Shown: positions 10,801-23,918, counted from the stretch's first letter. The stretch is DNA of 39,113 nt from Octopus bimaculoides (GCF_001194135.2 NC_068992.1:51318001-51357113); one strand, 5' to 3'. Program-made: numbers and translations. Notes: a model not told the origin generated them from the letters alone.

Positions 10801-10895
10801 CTCCAGTATTTGACTGATACTTTATGTCATTGATCCTGAAAGGATGAAAGGCTAAGTTAACCTCAGTGGAATTTGAACTCAGATCATAAAAAGTT
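10801..10895 (-). mobile_element. CORE-type SINE fragment
   Basis: GAAAGGATGAAAGGC..AGTT.ACCTC.GTGGAATTTGAACTCAGA. Confidence 0.7.
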
Positions 10896-12498
10896 AGAAG
10901 AAATATTTAAAATTTTGGCACATGGCCAGCAAGTTTAGATTGAACTCAGATCATAAAGATCCAGAGGAATGTTGTCAAAGGCTCTAATGATACTGCCAGT
11001 CTTCATATCACTGTATTGCAATAATACCACATCTCAGAAATTCAGACAAAATACCAAATATTACATTTAATATAGTGATAATGAAAAATATTGTCAACTA
11101 TTTAATATATATAAGCATGATAGTCATGTAGACAGCTATATCTGATTAGCCAAAAAAAAAAAGATAACAAAAAAATTTTTCTCGCATTCCAATTTGATGG
11201 ATTTTTTTAACCAAATGTACTCTATAATAATTGCATGGTATGGCGATAAAGAACATTTAGCTATTTTCTTTTTAAACACAGAACAAAACAAAGAAAAGTT
11301 ATGGAATTACAAAATCAGGAAATAAAAACATTATTTCTCTTATCTCTTATTTGCTACAAAACTATTTGGTTTTTCTCTCATATCATTTCAAGACTTGAGG
11401 GTAGGTAAAAACTTAGACGGCATATTATACCTGCCAATACTGGCATTCCTGTTTTCTTATTAATTAAAGTGGTTCAACTTTTACTTTAGACTTCAAATCA
11501 TTATTTTCCCAAACGTTTTCCTGCTGGAAGCTGTATATATTTCTATTATTGATGCAGAAGATATTTTTCTTCTATTTCCAGATGAAATTTTGGTTGTTTT
11601 AGAAGTTTTGTCTGAAATTTTACATTTAACTTTACATCAGCAGTGTGGATTTCTCTTAGCAATATTGCTTTTCCATCAACTTTTAACACAAGAGCCCAAT
11701 TTAATTTTAATAGAAAAAAAAAATAGTATTTTGGTTTTTAGATTCTTTTAAATCCAGTAGGAAACTCTTTTAATGTTACTTCAGCAGCTATATTCCCAAT
11801 ATTTTTATTTAGGAGAAGACTGAAAGTATTGAAGATTCCTTGATAAAATCTCAAATCTTCACTTAATTTGAAGGTTGCTTTTGTTTTTGTTTTTTGTTTA
11901 CAGGAAAATTTATTGAGAATTAATTTCCTATTCAACCTTAATTAAATGCGAATAGTAATAAATACATCACTAACATTTAGTTTAGCTTCTCACTGCTAAG
12001 ATTAGAAAGTTAACGTAACCTTTGTCCTTTACTTTGATTCTAACTCTGCAATGCTACCAGTAAGAAAAATACTGTTCAATGATTCCCTTCTCTGATAAAT
12101 TTCTTCCCCTATCCATGTAATCATCAGGTGTGATAAATCATCTGTTCTTGACAACACAAGCAATCAGTTGAATCCTATTGCCATTTCAGGTAATCCACCC
12201 TCATCTGATTATTTAACCTTCTCCCTCGAAAAGGCATCTATCCTAAAGTATTAAAGTGCAAGACTGTGTGAAAGATATCTCCAAGAATGCAATCTCTGAC
12301 CTGACCGTCTAATTACAGAATAATAACCAACATTTGAATGAATGTAAAGTTATAGAGAAAATTCTAAATGACCTTCTTCTCTGATACCTTGAATTTCTCA
12401 TTCTCCTCAGCAAACATAATTATAGGATCTGCAAAGGCATACCACTTACTCTGTAAACTCATGTGTGTATGTATACATATATATCCATATCTATCTAC

Positions 12499-12557
<59 letters not shown>

Positions 12558-12574
12558 ATATATATATATATATA

Positions 12575-12897
12575 NNNNNNNNNNNNNNNNNNNNNNNNNN
12601 NNNNNNNNNNNNNNNNNNNNNNNNNNNNNNNNNNNNNNNNNNNNNNNNNNNNNNNNNNNNNNNNNNNNNNNNNNNNNNNNNNNNNNNNNNNNNNNNNNNN
12701 NNNNNNNNNNNNNNNNNNNNNNNNNNNNNNNNNNNNNNNNNNNNNNNNNNNNNNNNNNNNNNNNNNNNNNNNNNNNNNNNNNNNNNNNNNNNNNNNNNNN
12801 NNNNNNNNNNNNNNNNNNNNNNNNNNNNNNNNNNNNNNNNNNNNNNNNNNNNNNNNNNNNNNNNNNNNNNNNNNNNNNNNNNNNNNNNNNNNNNNNN
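12575..12897. other. Assembly gap (N) flanked by (TATC)n/(TA)n
   Basis: N run. Confidence 1.
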
Positions 12898-14792
12898 ATA
12901 TATATATATATATAAAATGAATTTATATTCTATATACATACATATGCACGCATGCACACACACACACCTTGGAAAGCTGAGTCTATGAATCCTGTCTTGA
13001 AATTCCTCTTGCACTACATTAATGTAACTACATTACTGTTACTTGTGTTGGACTGTGAGAAATAGTTATGCTGGGGCACGACTCAGCAACCATAATGCAT
13101 GCAATAAAGTTTATTTTCTTGTATTAAACACTATAAACATAATGGCTAAGAAACTTCCTTTTTGTCTCTCATGCTTATTATTTCATTAATAGTGACAACA
13201 AAAATGGGTGGCAATTGCATAGTTAAATAAATAATTAGGTTTGCTGAAAAACAAGAGCAAGGTTGAGAACCCTTGAGCAAGTTGTTAAACTTGGTTATAT
13301 AGTTATCTTTTCTAGTACTAAGAATCAACAAGCTTCTATCAATTAAGTTTCGAGAAGAAATTTAACAGAAATATATTTTGGTGAAATAATGTTGTTTTAA
13401 TGAAAGAAGTATTTAAATGTGGAATCTTTTTTAGTCTTCCTCTTCTGTTTTCCTTCTCTTCTCTTCTGTCTATCTCCTGGATTGATGAAAATTTCTAAGG
13501 TAGTAACAGCATGGCAAGGACTATTCCAGAAAATAACTGGAATGATAATCCAGTTCTAGATGTTACTTCTTTATATCTGGTTTCTTCTTTCATTAGTTTA
13601 GTTGTTTGGTTTGTTGTTGAAGATGAAGAATAAATATATATAAAACCATGTCAATGTTGCTTTCTTTTATTACATTTAAGATATACAATATATATGCTAT
13701 AAATGCAAAGCTTTAAACATAGTAGGTTTCTATGTTGCCATGTTATGATTTGAATCATCATTACAACTTATTTACCATTTATCATCATCGATTACTTTTG
13801 AATTATATTTACATGCATTAGATTATAAAATTTAATTTTTCTACAACTTTATTTTTTTTTTACGAATATTTGCATTTGTAATTCTAGCATTTTGTATAAT
13901 TAAAATAAAAGGAAGTGACAATTATTCACACAATCACAGTTTATTAATGTATTACAGATATTGTCTTTTTTTTTCCAATTTATTTAAGAGTATTGTTATC
14001 TTAAACTATGTTGTCAGTTCACAGGAAAACTATTGTAGTAAAGCTTATATTTTGATTATAAAAATCCATTAGAGTTTTTTTTTTTTTGTTTTGCACAGAT
14101 TTGTAAATTATCATTTTCTTCTTAAAGAAACAGAATTTCAGAGGTTTAAATTTTGATCTGGTCACTAACAAAGAGAAAAGGAATAAAAGGCCATAAAATT
14201 TGTATTTATTTACCTAAACAAAAACAATTTATTTCATAAGATTTTTGCTTTTGTGAAATTCTTAGCAGGAGAATAAAAAAGGAAGTTCTATTTTATATTT
14301 ATCTCATTTTTTTTTATATGGTAATTACTGGAATTATATGAGTTAGGTCATGCTAACCTTACCCTATTGATTATTATTGCTTTCTTTAAACTTATCTGAT
14401 TTGAAATCTGGTCATAATGCAAGAGGAAGAAAGAGAGAAGTTCTTTCTGACAGCTGTTGATTTTGTGATCTGTCAAAATTGGTGCAAAAGGTTCTTGAAA
14501 AGACTTAACAATGAAGAAATAATATATAAAAATCCCCCAAAGAACGATAATATATTCAAAAGTAAATGAGAATTCTATATAGAATCGAAATGTTGTTAAC
14601 AAGGTCCTCTTAAGATTCCTCCTCATCAAATCTGTTATAATATACACAAGTTTGTTATAACATTGTCATTTGCATATATCTAAGCTTACATATATTTGTA
14701 TAATTCTATTTTACTTGTACATTTACTTAATGTCATATATGTTTGTATTTCAATGTACATTTACTTTCCTGCAAGAAATGTCAATATATATA

Positions 14793-14963
14793 NNNNNNNN
14801 NNNNNNNNNNNNNNNNNNNNNNNNNNNNNNNNNNNNNNNNNNNNNNNNNNNNNNNNNNNNNNNNNNNNNNNNNNNNNNNNNNNNNNNNNNNNNNNNNNNN
14901 NNNNNNNNNNNNNNNNNNNNNNNNNNNNNNNNNNNNNNNNNNNNNNNNNNNNNNNNNNNNNNN
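14793..14963. other. Assembly gap (N)
   Basis: N run. Confidence 1.
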
Positions 14964-15877
14964 GCAAACAAAATTTATTTCAGTAAGATGCTGACTTCTT
15001 AAAAATATTACAATTCCTTTCTTAAAATATTAACTCAAAAATGGTTTTTCTTCCAGCATTAATTTTCTGTCACTAATTTATACATGCTTTCACGCACAAA
15101 AGCTAATGTGAGAAGCCTTTATGCTCTTTCTTTATCTGTTTGCATTTGCGGCCAAATCTCCATCAAATCACACAATATTGTTTTAGAAAAAATGCAACAG
15201 GACACATTGATTAATGCAATGCTAGATGCATCATAAGTGAAAAAAAAAAAAACCGAAAAAAAAAAAACCGAAAAAAAAAACAAGACAATGGAAAAGGAAT
15301 GATTAATGAGAATGAAAACAAAGATTGAGGGATCTTTATAGAAATAGGCTGAGAAGATTGTGTTAGAAATGGTGTAACTAAGGACATGGCAAATGTTTGA
15401 TAGACTTGGGGGAGAAAAATGAATAAACTGTATTTAGTTACATATCTTCAGATTATAAGTTGAGACTTTGCTAGGGTTAAGTTTGTCATTTATCATCTCA
15501 GAGTTGACACAGTGAACTATCAGCCAAGTAGTGGGATTGATCTTATCAGCTGGTGTCTCTTCCCAATTTACATCATTTTTTCATCTTGTGTCTGAGATAG
15601 AATTCAATATTAAAAGTTAAGAAAAAGGTCATACTAATTCCATTGTTACTGCCTTTGTGATTGTGATATGACAGTAGAAGTTGGACATCTTCTGGATTCA
15701 TACAATAACATTAATTTTGATTATAATTCTGATCATTCAATAACATTAATTCTGGGGACAAAATTGATTGTAGTAATAGTGTTGCTTCAAGTTATAATGT
15801 TGGTTCTGGGGATTATGTTAATTGATTTGGGAGATAATGTTTGTTCTAATGAAAATGTTGACACTATATACATATAT

Positions 15878-16036
15878 ATGATGGGCTTCTTTCAGTTTCT
15901 GTCTACTAAATCCACTCACAAGGCTTTGGTCGGCCCAAGGCTATAGTAGAAGACACTTGCCCAAGGTGCCATGCAGTGGGACTGAACCCAGAACCATGTG
16001 GTTGGTAAGCAAGCTACTTACCACGCAACCACTCCT
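15878..16036 (-). mobile_element. Second tRNA-SINE family, 5' half
   Basis: Reverse complement of 9049-9215. Confidence 0.85.
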
Positions 16037-16039
16037 TTA

Positions 16040-16395
16040 GAGAGGCAAAATTTGTTAGAGCATTGGATAAAATGCTCTTTGTTATTTACTTGTGGACCTT
16101 TACTTTCTCACTAAGACTTTGCCTTTCACCCAGCTGGGATTGACAAAGTAAAATGCCAGTCAAGTATTGCAGTTGATTTAATCAACTGCATCCTCCCTAA
16201 CAAATCCTGTGGTCTTTCACCATTGCTAGAAATCAATATTAGAGTTGAAAGATCACCAGTCTTTACAATCTGAGTTCAAATTGCCTTTCCTCCTTTTGGA
16301 ATTGATAAAATAAGTATCAGTTTAGTACTGAGATCGATGTAATCGACTTACTTCCACCCCTGAACTTGTGCCAAAATTTTTAACCAATATTATTG
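16040..16395 (+). mobile_element. Two degenerate CORE-type SINE copies
   Basis: GACTTTGCCTTTCA..., GATAAAATAAGTA, GATGTAATCGACTT and CTTGTGCCAAAATTT motifs. Confidence 0.65.
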
Positions 16396-16756
16396 TTGAA
16401 ATATAAATGAATAAGTCTACAGAAACAGCAGAATTCAATGACAGATGTTACCATCATTCCTTTTCATTCTAAGTTCAAACATGCTGTGGTTACATACATA
16501 CATACTTACATACATACATACATACATACATACATGAATTGGTCATTCTGAAATGTAACTACATGTGGATTGTTAGTGGTTTCTTTCCCCTGTCTTCCTC
16601 TTCTCTTGGTCTTTCTTCTGTCTCCTGTTCCTGAAGAAGAGCTTTGCTTCAAACATAAACACCCTTTCTTTCCTTTCCTAAGCATCTTATTAATACTTTG
16701 CATGTACCATGCCCTTGCATTGTTTTTTGCTTCTGTTGTTTTTCTCTATTTTGTGG

Positions 16757-16814
<58 letters not shown>

Positions 16815-17574
16815 CAGACATATACACACATATGCATACATACATACATACATATATCTTCTGTTTTTGCATGAATCTTTATATAAATAGTGATATAGCA
16901 ATATTTGAAGGCAAAATTGTGTAATCTAACATTAGCAACTTAATCTCATATAATTTATTCTGATTTTGTTTTGCCTTCTGCAGAAGCAGATTCTAATTCT
17001 GAAGAAATACCTGATTATATTATACAAAAAATAATTGGAACATATTTACAAAAACATTTTCAACATTTTAGTTTCTTTTTAATGTATATAGTTTATTTTT
17101 TAAGCTTAGATAATTGGCAACCATTAACTTTTTATCATGAATTCTCTAATAATAGTAATTTTTTGTTTGTTTTCATGTGTGACATATAATTTCAGCTTGA
17201 TCTGATCTCAGCTGTCAGCTAAGTCAGGTTCTGTATTAAAATTATTCAGAAATATCAGTTAGGAATAAACAAAATAAAAATTACATCGTTTGCAGCAAGG
17301 AAAAGTAATTGGTTTGTAGATTACTCAAAGTAAAGAACTACTATGTACCTACTTTATCATTAACTCAAATTCTTGAATGTATTTCATGACACAAAGGATG
17401 GAACCCTAATTAAGAAAGATCATTAATTTTTAATTATTTCTGTCATAAAATGTGTAGGTTAATTAAAGATTTAACTGGGAATGAGAAATCCTGTCATCAG
17501 AAAATAAAACTTAATATATGAGAGTAATATTCCTTTCAGTACAGCCAAAGCCCACTTGTTGGAATCGGTAGATC

Positions 17575-17770
17575 ATTTTCATCATCGTTTTAACGTCGTC
17601 TTTTTCATGTTTGCATGGGTCTGGTAGAATTTGTTGCGGTATTTTTTTTTACAGCCAAATGCCCTTCCTGTCATCAACCCCGACTTGTTTTCAAGTAATG
17701 TAAAATTCCCTTCATGGCCAGATATGTTTCACAAAAGATTGGGAATGAAGGACACCACTTATATAACGAT
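17575..17770 (-). mobile_element. Degenerate RTE-tail element
   Basis: CATCG..TTAACGTC start and ATGCCCTTCCTG motif. Confidence 0.55.
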
Positions 17771-17874
17771 GATGCACATTTATGACCGTTACACAAATGC
17801 ACACCTAGGAACCACAGGCATACATACACACACGAGCACACACACACAATACATACACATAAACACATAGCATG

Positions 17875-18166
17875 GTCGTTGCCAGTGCTACTGGACTGGA
17901 TCCCATGCAGGTAGCACATAAAAACACCTTTTGAGAGTAGTCATTGCCAGTACCACCTGACTGGCCCTCATGCCGGTGGCATGTAAAAGCACCCACTACA
18001 CTCTCGAAGTGGTTGGCATTAGAAAGGGCATCCAGCTGTAGAAACTTTGCCAGATCAGATTGAGCCTGGTGCAGCCTCTGGCTCACCAGTCCTCAATCAA
18101 ACCATCCAATCCATGCCACCATGAAAAGCAGACGTAAAACGACGACGACGACGATGATGATGATGA

Positions 18167-18170
<4 letters not shown>
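17875..18170 (+). mobile_element. RTE-tail non-autonomous element with (GAC/GAT)n tail
   Basis: Near full-length match to 22330-22625. The AGGAAGGGCATCC motif and (GAT)n tail resemble RTE-clade 3' ends (knowledge-based, unverified). Confidence 0.85.
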
Positions 18171-18210
<40 letters not shown>

Positions 18211-18269
18211 TCGTTTAACGTCCATTTTCCTTGCTGGCATGGGTTGGACGATATATATATATATATATG

Positions 18270-18425
18270 AACGATGGTCTCCTTTTAGTTTCTGTCTACC
18301 AAATCCACTCAAATCCTAGGGCCATAGTAGAAGTAGAAGATACTTGCCCAAAGTGATATGCAGTGGGACTGAACCCAAAGCCATCTGGTTGGAAAGCAAA
18401 CTTCCTTAACCATACTCCCATGCCC
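18270..18425 (-). mobile_element. Second tRNA-SINE family, degenerate 5' half
   Basis: AGTTTCTGTCTACCAAATCCACTCA ... CAGTGGGACTGAACCC. Confidence 0.75.
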
Positions 18426-19157
18426 ATGCTTTACAAGTGCAAATAACATTGGTATTTCTTATACTTGCTTTGTGAAACAATTAATATGCTCTCGCTATCA
18501 TTTACTATGCAATTCAAGTTTCTTTTGCACTTCATTCAATTTGCATCTTTTAATTTTAATATTTTTGTCTATTCTCATCTTTGCTTTGAATTCATCTTCA
18601 ACTGACAAAATATGTACTTGTCACAAACTGTGGGTCAATGAAAATGAATGTCTTAAACATCTGCTCCACCTCTAAAGGGGTAGTGTTATGTTAGTATTAG
18701 AACTCAGTGTTTGCACACTTCAATCAAGTTTTGAGATTTACTACTTTGAAATTTGCTATGATCAATCATTTTCATTTAGGCTATTTGATCTTAGCTAAAT
18801 TCTCGAAACTGTATTCTTCTTTTCTTTTAAGCATTAAGCTAATCAATCATTTTGCATGATACTAACAGTTTCTGGAGCAGTGTGAAAGCATTCAAGAGAA
18901 ATCTTCATCAAATTCATTTTGAAGCTGTTTTAATATTGATTTCTTACATAGGCTAAAATCCTACATAAATATGGAGTGAAAAGAAACAGTTATTTATATC
19001 AATTGGAATACTTAGCTGGTTCTTTATTTTAATGACTCTACAAGGATGAAAGACAAAGTTAACCTTGGTGGGATTTGAACTCTAAATGTAAATAACTAGA
19101 GCTAAAAACCAAAAAGGATTTTGTTTGATATTACAAATATATTGCCCTTAACCTGTA

Positions 19158-19520
19158 TCATCATCATTATCATCATCATCATTATCATCATCATCATTAT
19201 CATCATCATCATTTTCATCATCATCGTTTAACGTCTGCTTTCCATGCTAGCATGGGTTGGATGATTTGACTGTGGACTAGTGGACCAGGAGGCGACGCCA
19301 GGCTCCAATCTGATTTGGCAGAGTTTCTACAGCTGGATGCCTTTCCTAATGCCATCCACTCCAAGAGTGTAGTGGATGCTTTTATGTGCCACCGGCACAA
19401 AGGCCAGTCAGGTGGTACTGGCAACGGCCACACTTGAAATGGCGTATTTTACGTGCCACCTGCACAGGAGCCAGTCCAGCGGCACTGGCAATGATCTCGC
19501 TCAAATGTCTTTTCACGTCT
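19158..19520 (-). mobile_element. RTE-tail non-autonomous element, near full length with long (CAT)n tail
   Basis: Reverse complement of 22330-22625. Confidence 0.85.
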
Positions 19521-19661
19521 ATCAATACTAAGATATATTTCAGTAATATAAGCAATATTTTTGTTTGTTTTGCTGAGAATCTAAATAAGAGCATAAAAGA
19601 TTTTATCCAAAATTTGTCTGCTTAAAAAAAATGTAGAGGTCATGAGCAGAGTTTCCTACAG

Positions 19662-19759
19662 GTTATGCAATTGTACATGCAGGCTCATACTTTAAAATTA
19701 AGAAAAGATAACAAATATATGCTCACAAAGTTTTCAAAAGAACTTGTGCAATGGTTACA
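19662..19759 (+). CDS. Candidate internal exon (VMQLYMQAHTLKLRKDNKYMLTKFSKELVQWL); unverified, alternative acceptor at 19637
   Basis: TTTCCTACAG acceptor, strong donor CA|GTGAGT at 19760, one open frame. No homology recognised. Confidence 0.3.
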
Positions 19760-19777
19760 GTGAGTATACTGTCATAT

Positions 19778-20160
19778 CATGCTAGTGTCTCTACATGCTA
19801 GTGTAACATTGTGCCAGTGTCATGTTGTTCCAGTATCACATCATGCCAGTGTCTCTTCATGCTATTGTCACATTGTATCAATGTCATGTCATGCTAGTGT
19901 CACATCATGCCAGTGTCTCTTCATGCTTGTGTCACATTGTATCAATGTCAAATCATGCCAGTGTCACATCATGCCTGTGTCACATTGTATCAATGTCACA
20001 TGCCAGTGTCACATCATGCCAGTGTCACATTGTATCAATGTCAAATCATGCCAGTGTCACATCATGCCAGTGTCTCTACATGCCAGTGTCACATTGTATC
20101 AATGTCATGTCATGCTAGTGTCACATCATGCGAATGTCACATTGTTTCGGTGTCCCACTG
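19778..20160. repeat. 16-bp minisatellite (about 24 units, consensus CATGCCAGTGTCACAT, with variant units)
   Basis: Units can be parsed at a 16-bp period. Confidence 0.9.
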
Positions 20161-20304
20161 TGTTCCTGTAATGTCAGTTGTGTGTCAAGAAACAGCATTT
20201 GTGTAAGATTGGTGTCATATATGAAAATAAAAAGACCAAAGTATATGATTGAAATAATTCATATCCTTCAATAAATTCTAGTAATATTGAAAGGACTGTA
20301 GCAG

Positions 20305-20400
20305 AGGGAGAGAGAGGAAGAGAGAGAGAGAAAGAGAGAAAGAGAGGGAGAGGCAGAAAGAGACGGAGCGAGAGTGTTATACTCTAAGACAGAGATAGAT
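20305..20400. repeat. (GA)n-rich tract
   Basis: Direct reading. Confidence 0.85.
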
Positions 20401-20737
20401 TGACGAAGGAGAAAGGTATAATCTATCACAGTTAGATATATATATATATCATGATGAAATACCACAAGGTATAGAAAATACGTATTCGCCTTTATATATT
20501 TAATCCTTTATATTGAACACTAAATATTTCATCTATTCAATAAGACATATTCCATATATTCAATAAGACATTCAATACTTTATTTCATTGTACCATCCAT
20601 TTTTATATTATATATTGTATATTCCATATTCTATATCCCACATTAATTTTACAAGAATATAAATAAAACATAAAAAACAGACAGAGTTGGAACTCTTTTA
20701 AACAAAATAATATATTCCTCTATACACAATCATACAA

Positions 20738-20923
20738 NNNNNNNNNNNNNNNNNNNNNNNNNNNNNNNNNNNNNNNNNNNNNNNNNNNNNNNNNNNNNNN
20801 NNNNNNNNNNNNNNNNNNNNNNNNNNNNNNNNNNNNNNNNNNNNNNNNNNNNNNNNNNNNNNNNNNNNNNNNNNNNNNNNNNNNNNNNNNNNNNNNNNNN
20901 NNNNNNNNNNNNNNNNNNNNNNN
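20738..20923. other. Assembly gap (N)
   Basis: N run. Confidence 1.
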
Positions 20924-22179
20924 ATATATATATATATATATATATAAATATATATATGGATAGATAGATAGATAGAGAGAGAGAGAAAGAAATGTACTGT
21001 ATATGAGAGAGCTGGAGAGAGAGGTATAGAGTCTATGAATGAGAGAAAGAGAAATGTATTGTCTGTCAAAGAGAGTGAGGGTGAGAGAAGGAGAGATGTA
21101 TACTCTATTAGAGGGATATAGAGTGATTGAAATTCATACCCTAATTGAGAAAAATGGTTATATTCTTGGTTGAACTATGACTGAATTTAATATTTATTTC
21201 AACCTAAACATTACTTCAATAGCTAATCAATACTAGTTTCTCTCATTGACACAAGATTCAGATTACAGTGAATGAAAACTTGACATATTTTGTCAAACCC
21301 CAGTATAATGCAAAAGTACGCTCAGTGGAATTGGGACTTAGAATATAAAGGGATGTAACTAAGTACTTTTGGACTTTTTTTCTAGTACTTACTCAACCAA
21401 TTTTACACTTCAAACTGAGGCTGAATAACATTAGCCTTACATTGGTTTATTTAATATCAATATCTCTCTACTGGGTGTTTCACAAACACAGAGTCATGGA
21501 TATTATTACTTTGTTGTGATAAAGATTCTATACATCTGCCATGGTTTTTCACTATATTTTCACAGTTCTATTAGAAAACTAGCCAAGATTAGATCTTGAA
21601 AGCTTTAGTTTCTTCCAGCATTTTTAATGTGTAGGTTACAATCTTATCTTTCAAGATATTTTCTTCCTTTCTGTATTTTACTTTTCGGTTAGAAATGTTT
21701 ATGATAGAAAAGGGAAAAGTTTGTTTTGTTTAGTATCTTTTGACCTTTTTTCAACCAATCAAAAGTGTTTGATTCGCCCTTTCATGACCCTATTATCCAT
21801 TCCATAATTCATTCTGATATGTTCAATTGTGAAAACAGATAACAAGGGAGGTCATTTGGAGCAGTCGGTGCCAGGCATCTAAACAGAATGCTTCATTGCT
21901 GACTGAAGTTAACAATAAGCTGACAACAACGATGGTGCCATGACCTCTCAACTATACTTCACACCACCACTACCACTAACAACACAGCATTAACCACTAC
22001 AGTGCCAACAGCAACAGCATCAATGACAGTCACCTTTAGTACCCCCACCTGGACAACTGCTTTAACCTGTTAGGTAATGAAACTGCTATGTTTGTTACCC
22101 TCTCCTGCAGTCCCATGTACAGTTCACATATCAATCAAATGCAAATACCTACTAAAATTACATTTTATTTATTTATTTT

Positions 22180-22320
22180 TTTTACTTGTTTCAGTCATTT
22201 GGTTGTGGCCATGCTTGAGCATTACCTTGGAAGGGATTACAGGAACAATTTAACCCCTATATTTTTTCTTTTTTTTAAACCTGCACTTATTCTATCTGTT
22301 TCTTTTAGCCAAACTGCAAA
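22180..22320 (-). mobile_element. Second tRNA-SINE family, degenerate 3' tail
   Basis: TTACTTGTTTCAGTCATTTG..GTGGCCATGCT matches the reverse complement of 9410-9450. Confidence 0.7.
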
Positions 22321-22329
22321 AAATAAAGA

Positions 22330-22625
22330 CATTCAAGCGAGATCGTTGCCAGTGCCGTCGAACTGGCTCCTGTGCAGGTGGCATGTAAAACACACCATTT
22401 TGAGCATGGCCGTTGCCAGCACCGCCTGACTGGCCTTCATGCCGGTGGCACGTAAAAGCATCTACTACACTCTCGGAGTGGTTGGTGTTAGGAAGGGCAT
22501 CCAACTGTAGAAACTCTGCCAAATCAGATTGGAGTCTGGTGTAGCCATCTGGTTTCACCAGTCCTCAGTCAAATCGTCCAACCCATGCTAGCATGGAAAG
22601 CAGACGTTAAACGACGATGATGATG
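22330..22625 (+). mobile_element. RTE-tail non-autonomous element, well preserved
   Basis: Complete internal repeats, AGGAAGGGCATCC, ...GACGTTAAACGACGATGATGAT tail. Confidence 0.9.
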
Positions 22626-23700
22626 TAAAAAAATCAACAGAGGGAGTCAAGTGATAGTAAGGGACAAATTCAAACGCAGACACACACATGGATACATATA
22701 TATATACATATGCATACAAACACACACACATGCACATATGTACATAGGAATTCAAGTGAGTATACTGCATTGATGTGGCAACAGTTGAAATTTTGTTCTG
22801 GTAAATCTAGCTGAAGAGAACTAATCAAGTTTACATTAACAAACATATCTTGAAGGGTTTGAAACCTAGGTCCTAGAGTATTTACGTTTGGGTTGGACAT
22901 TTATCTGATGTTCTTCCTACAGATAAGATGAAATTTCTTAAGTTTGCTGCCCATACACATCTTTCCCAGTATATACAGTGAAGCTTTATTAAAGCGTCAT
23001 ATATTATCGACTGCTATTTCCAGTAAATATTGGTGTATTGTTGTGCCACCATTATATATATGTATATATATATATATATATATATACACATAAGAAATCT
23101 ATTGATGGGACTATGCTAACTTGATCATTTACATTTCAAATCTTGTAGGCAGCAAACTGACGGAGATGTTAAAATGTTGGACAAAAATTCCTCATGGTAT
23201 ACTACCTCTCTGTACCCCTGAGTTCAACTGCTGTCCAGGTTAAAACTTAACAATTTCTATCTTTTTTGGTGTGGTTAGTCAATAAAAAAAATGCCAATCT
23301 AGGATGGTGGGTTGGTTGAACTATAAGAACATTGAATCGGATAGCCTTTGGTATTTTTGTTCTGATCCCTTGTGGTCTGAGTTTAAATTTCACCATAGCC
23401 TACTTGTGTAGTAGACTTAATTTATGGGTCCTCCAGTTTAGTACCACCATCTGACACTGTGTAATTTTAGTGGAGACCACTCAGTTACAAGCATCCAGAT
23501 CTGGCCTCTAATTTGAGAATACCCATCTCCCTTCTTCCCACATGTCTTGGTCACTTGGAACATGAGTTAGGAACAATGCTTTCCCTGTCCTAACACATGG
23601 ATGTTTAAAACATAATGCTCCATGCATAACCATCCTCCTTATATTACTTGCTAAGTGAAGCTAATTTACCTGAAGTTTCCATTATTTTATATATATATAT

Positions 23701-23918
23701 CATCATCATCATCGTTTAACGTCTGCTTTCCATGCTGGCATGGGTTGGACGATTTGACTGAGGACTGGTGAAACCGGATGGCAACACCAGGCTCCAATCT
23801 AATTTGGCAGAGTTTCTACAGCTGGATGCCCTTCCTAATGCCAACCACTCCGAGAGTGTAGTGGGTGCTTTTACGTGTCACCTGCACGAGGGCCAGTCAG
23901 GCGGTACTGGCAACGGCC

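Noticed and set aside
12388-12450. Minus-strand candidate exon SKWYAFADPIIMFAEENEKFK (acceptor TTTACAG, donor AAG|GTATCA)
   Set aside because: Plausible but isolated, and it conflicts with the tentative + strand model. Not excluded; RNA-seq junctions would decide.
14099-14143. + strand 45-nt candidate exon FVNYHFLLKETEFQ
   Set aside because: Strong acceptor but weak donor (GTTTAA), and too short to assess.
18506-18601. Minus-strand candidate exon EDEFKAKMRIDKNIKIKRCKLNEVQKKLELH
   Set aside because: A K/E-rich reading is expected from the antisense of T/C-rich sequence, and there is no supporting neighbour. Not excluded.
19779-20206. Three overlapping Cys/His-rich ORFs resembling metallothionein or zinc-binding proteins; also a CRISPR-like periodicity
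   Set aside because: All three frames are open because the 16-bp unit has no + strand stop. There are no unique spacers or cas genes, and the DNA is eukaryotic.
21839-22074. Thr-rich, mucin-like exon candidate with GTAATG donor
   Set aside because: All three frames contain stops; it looks like a decayed ACC/AAC repeat.
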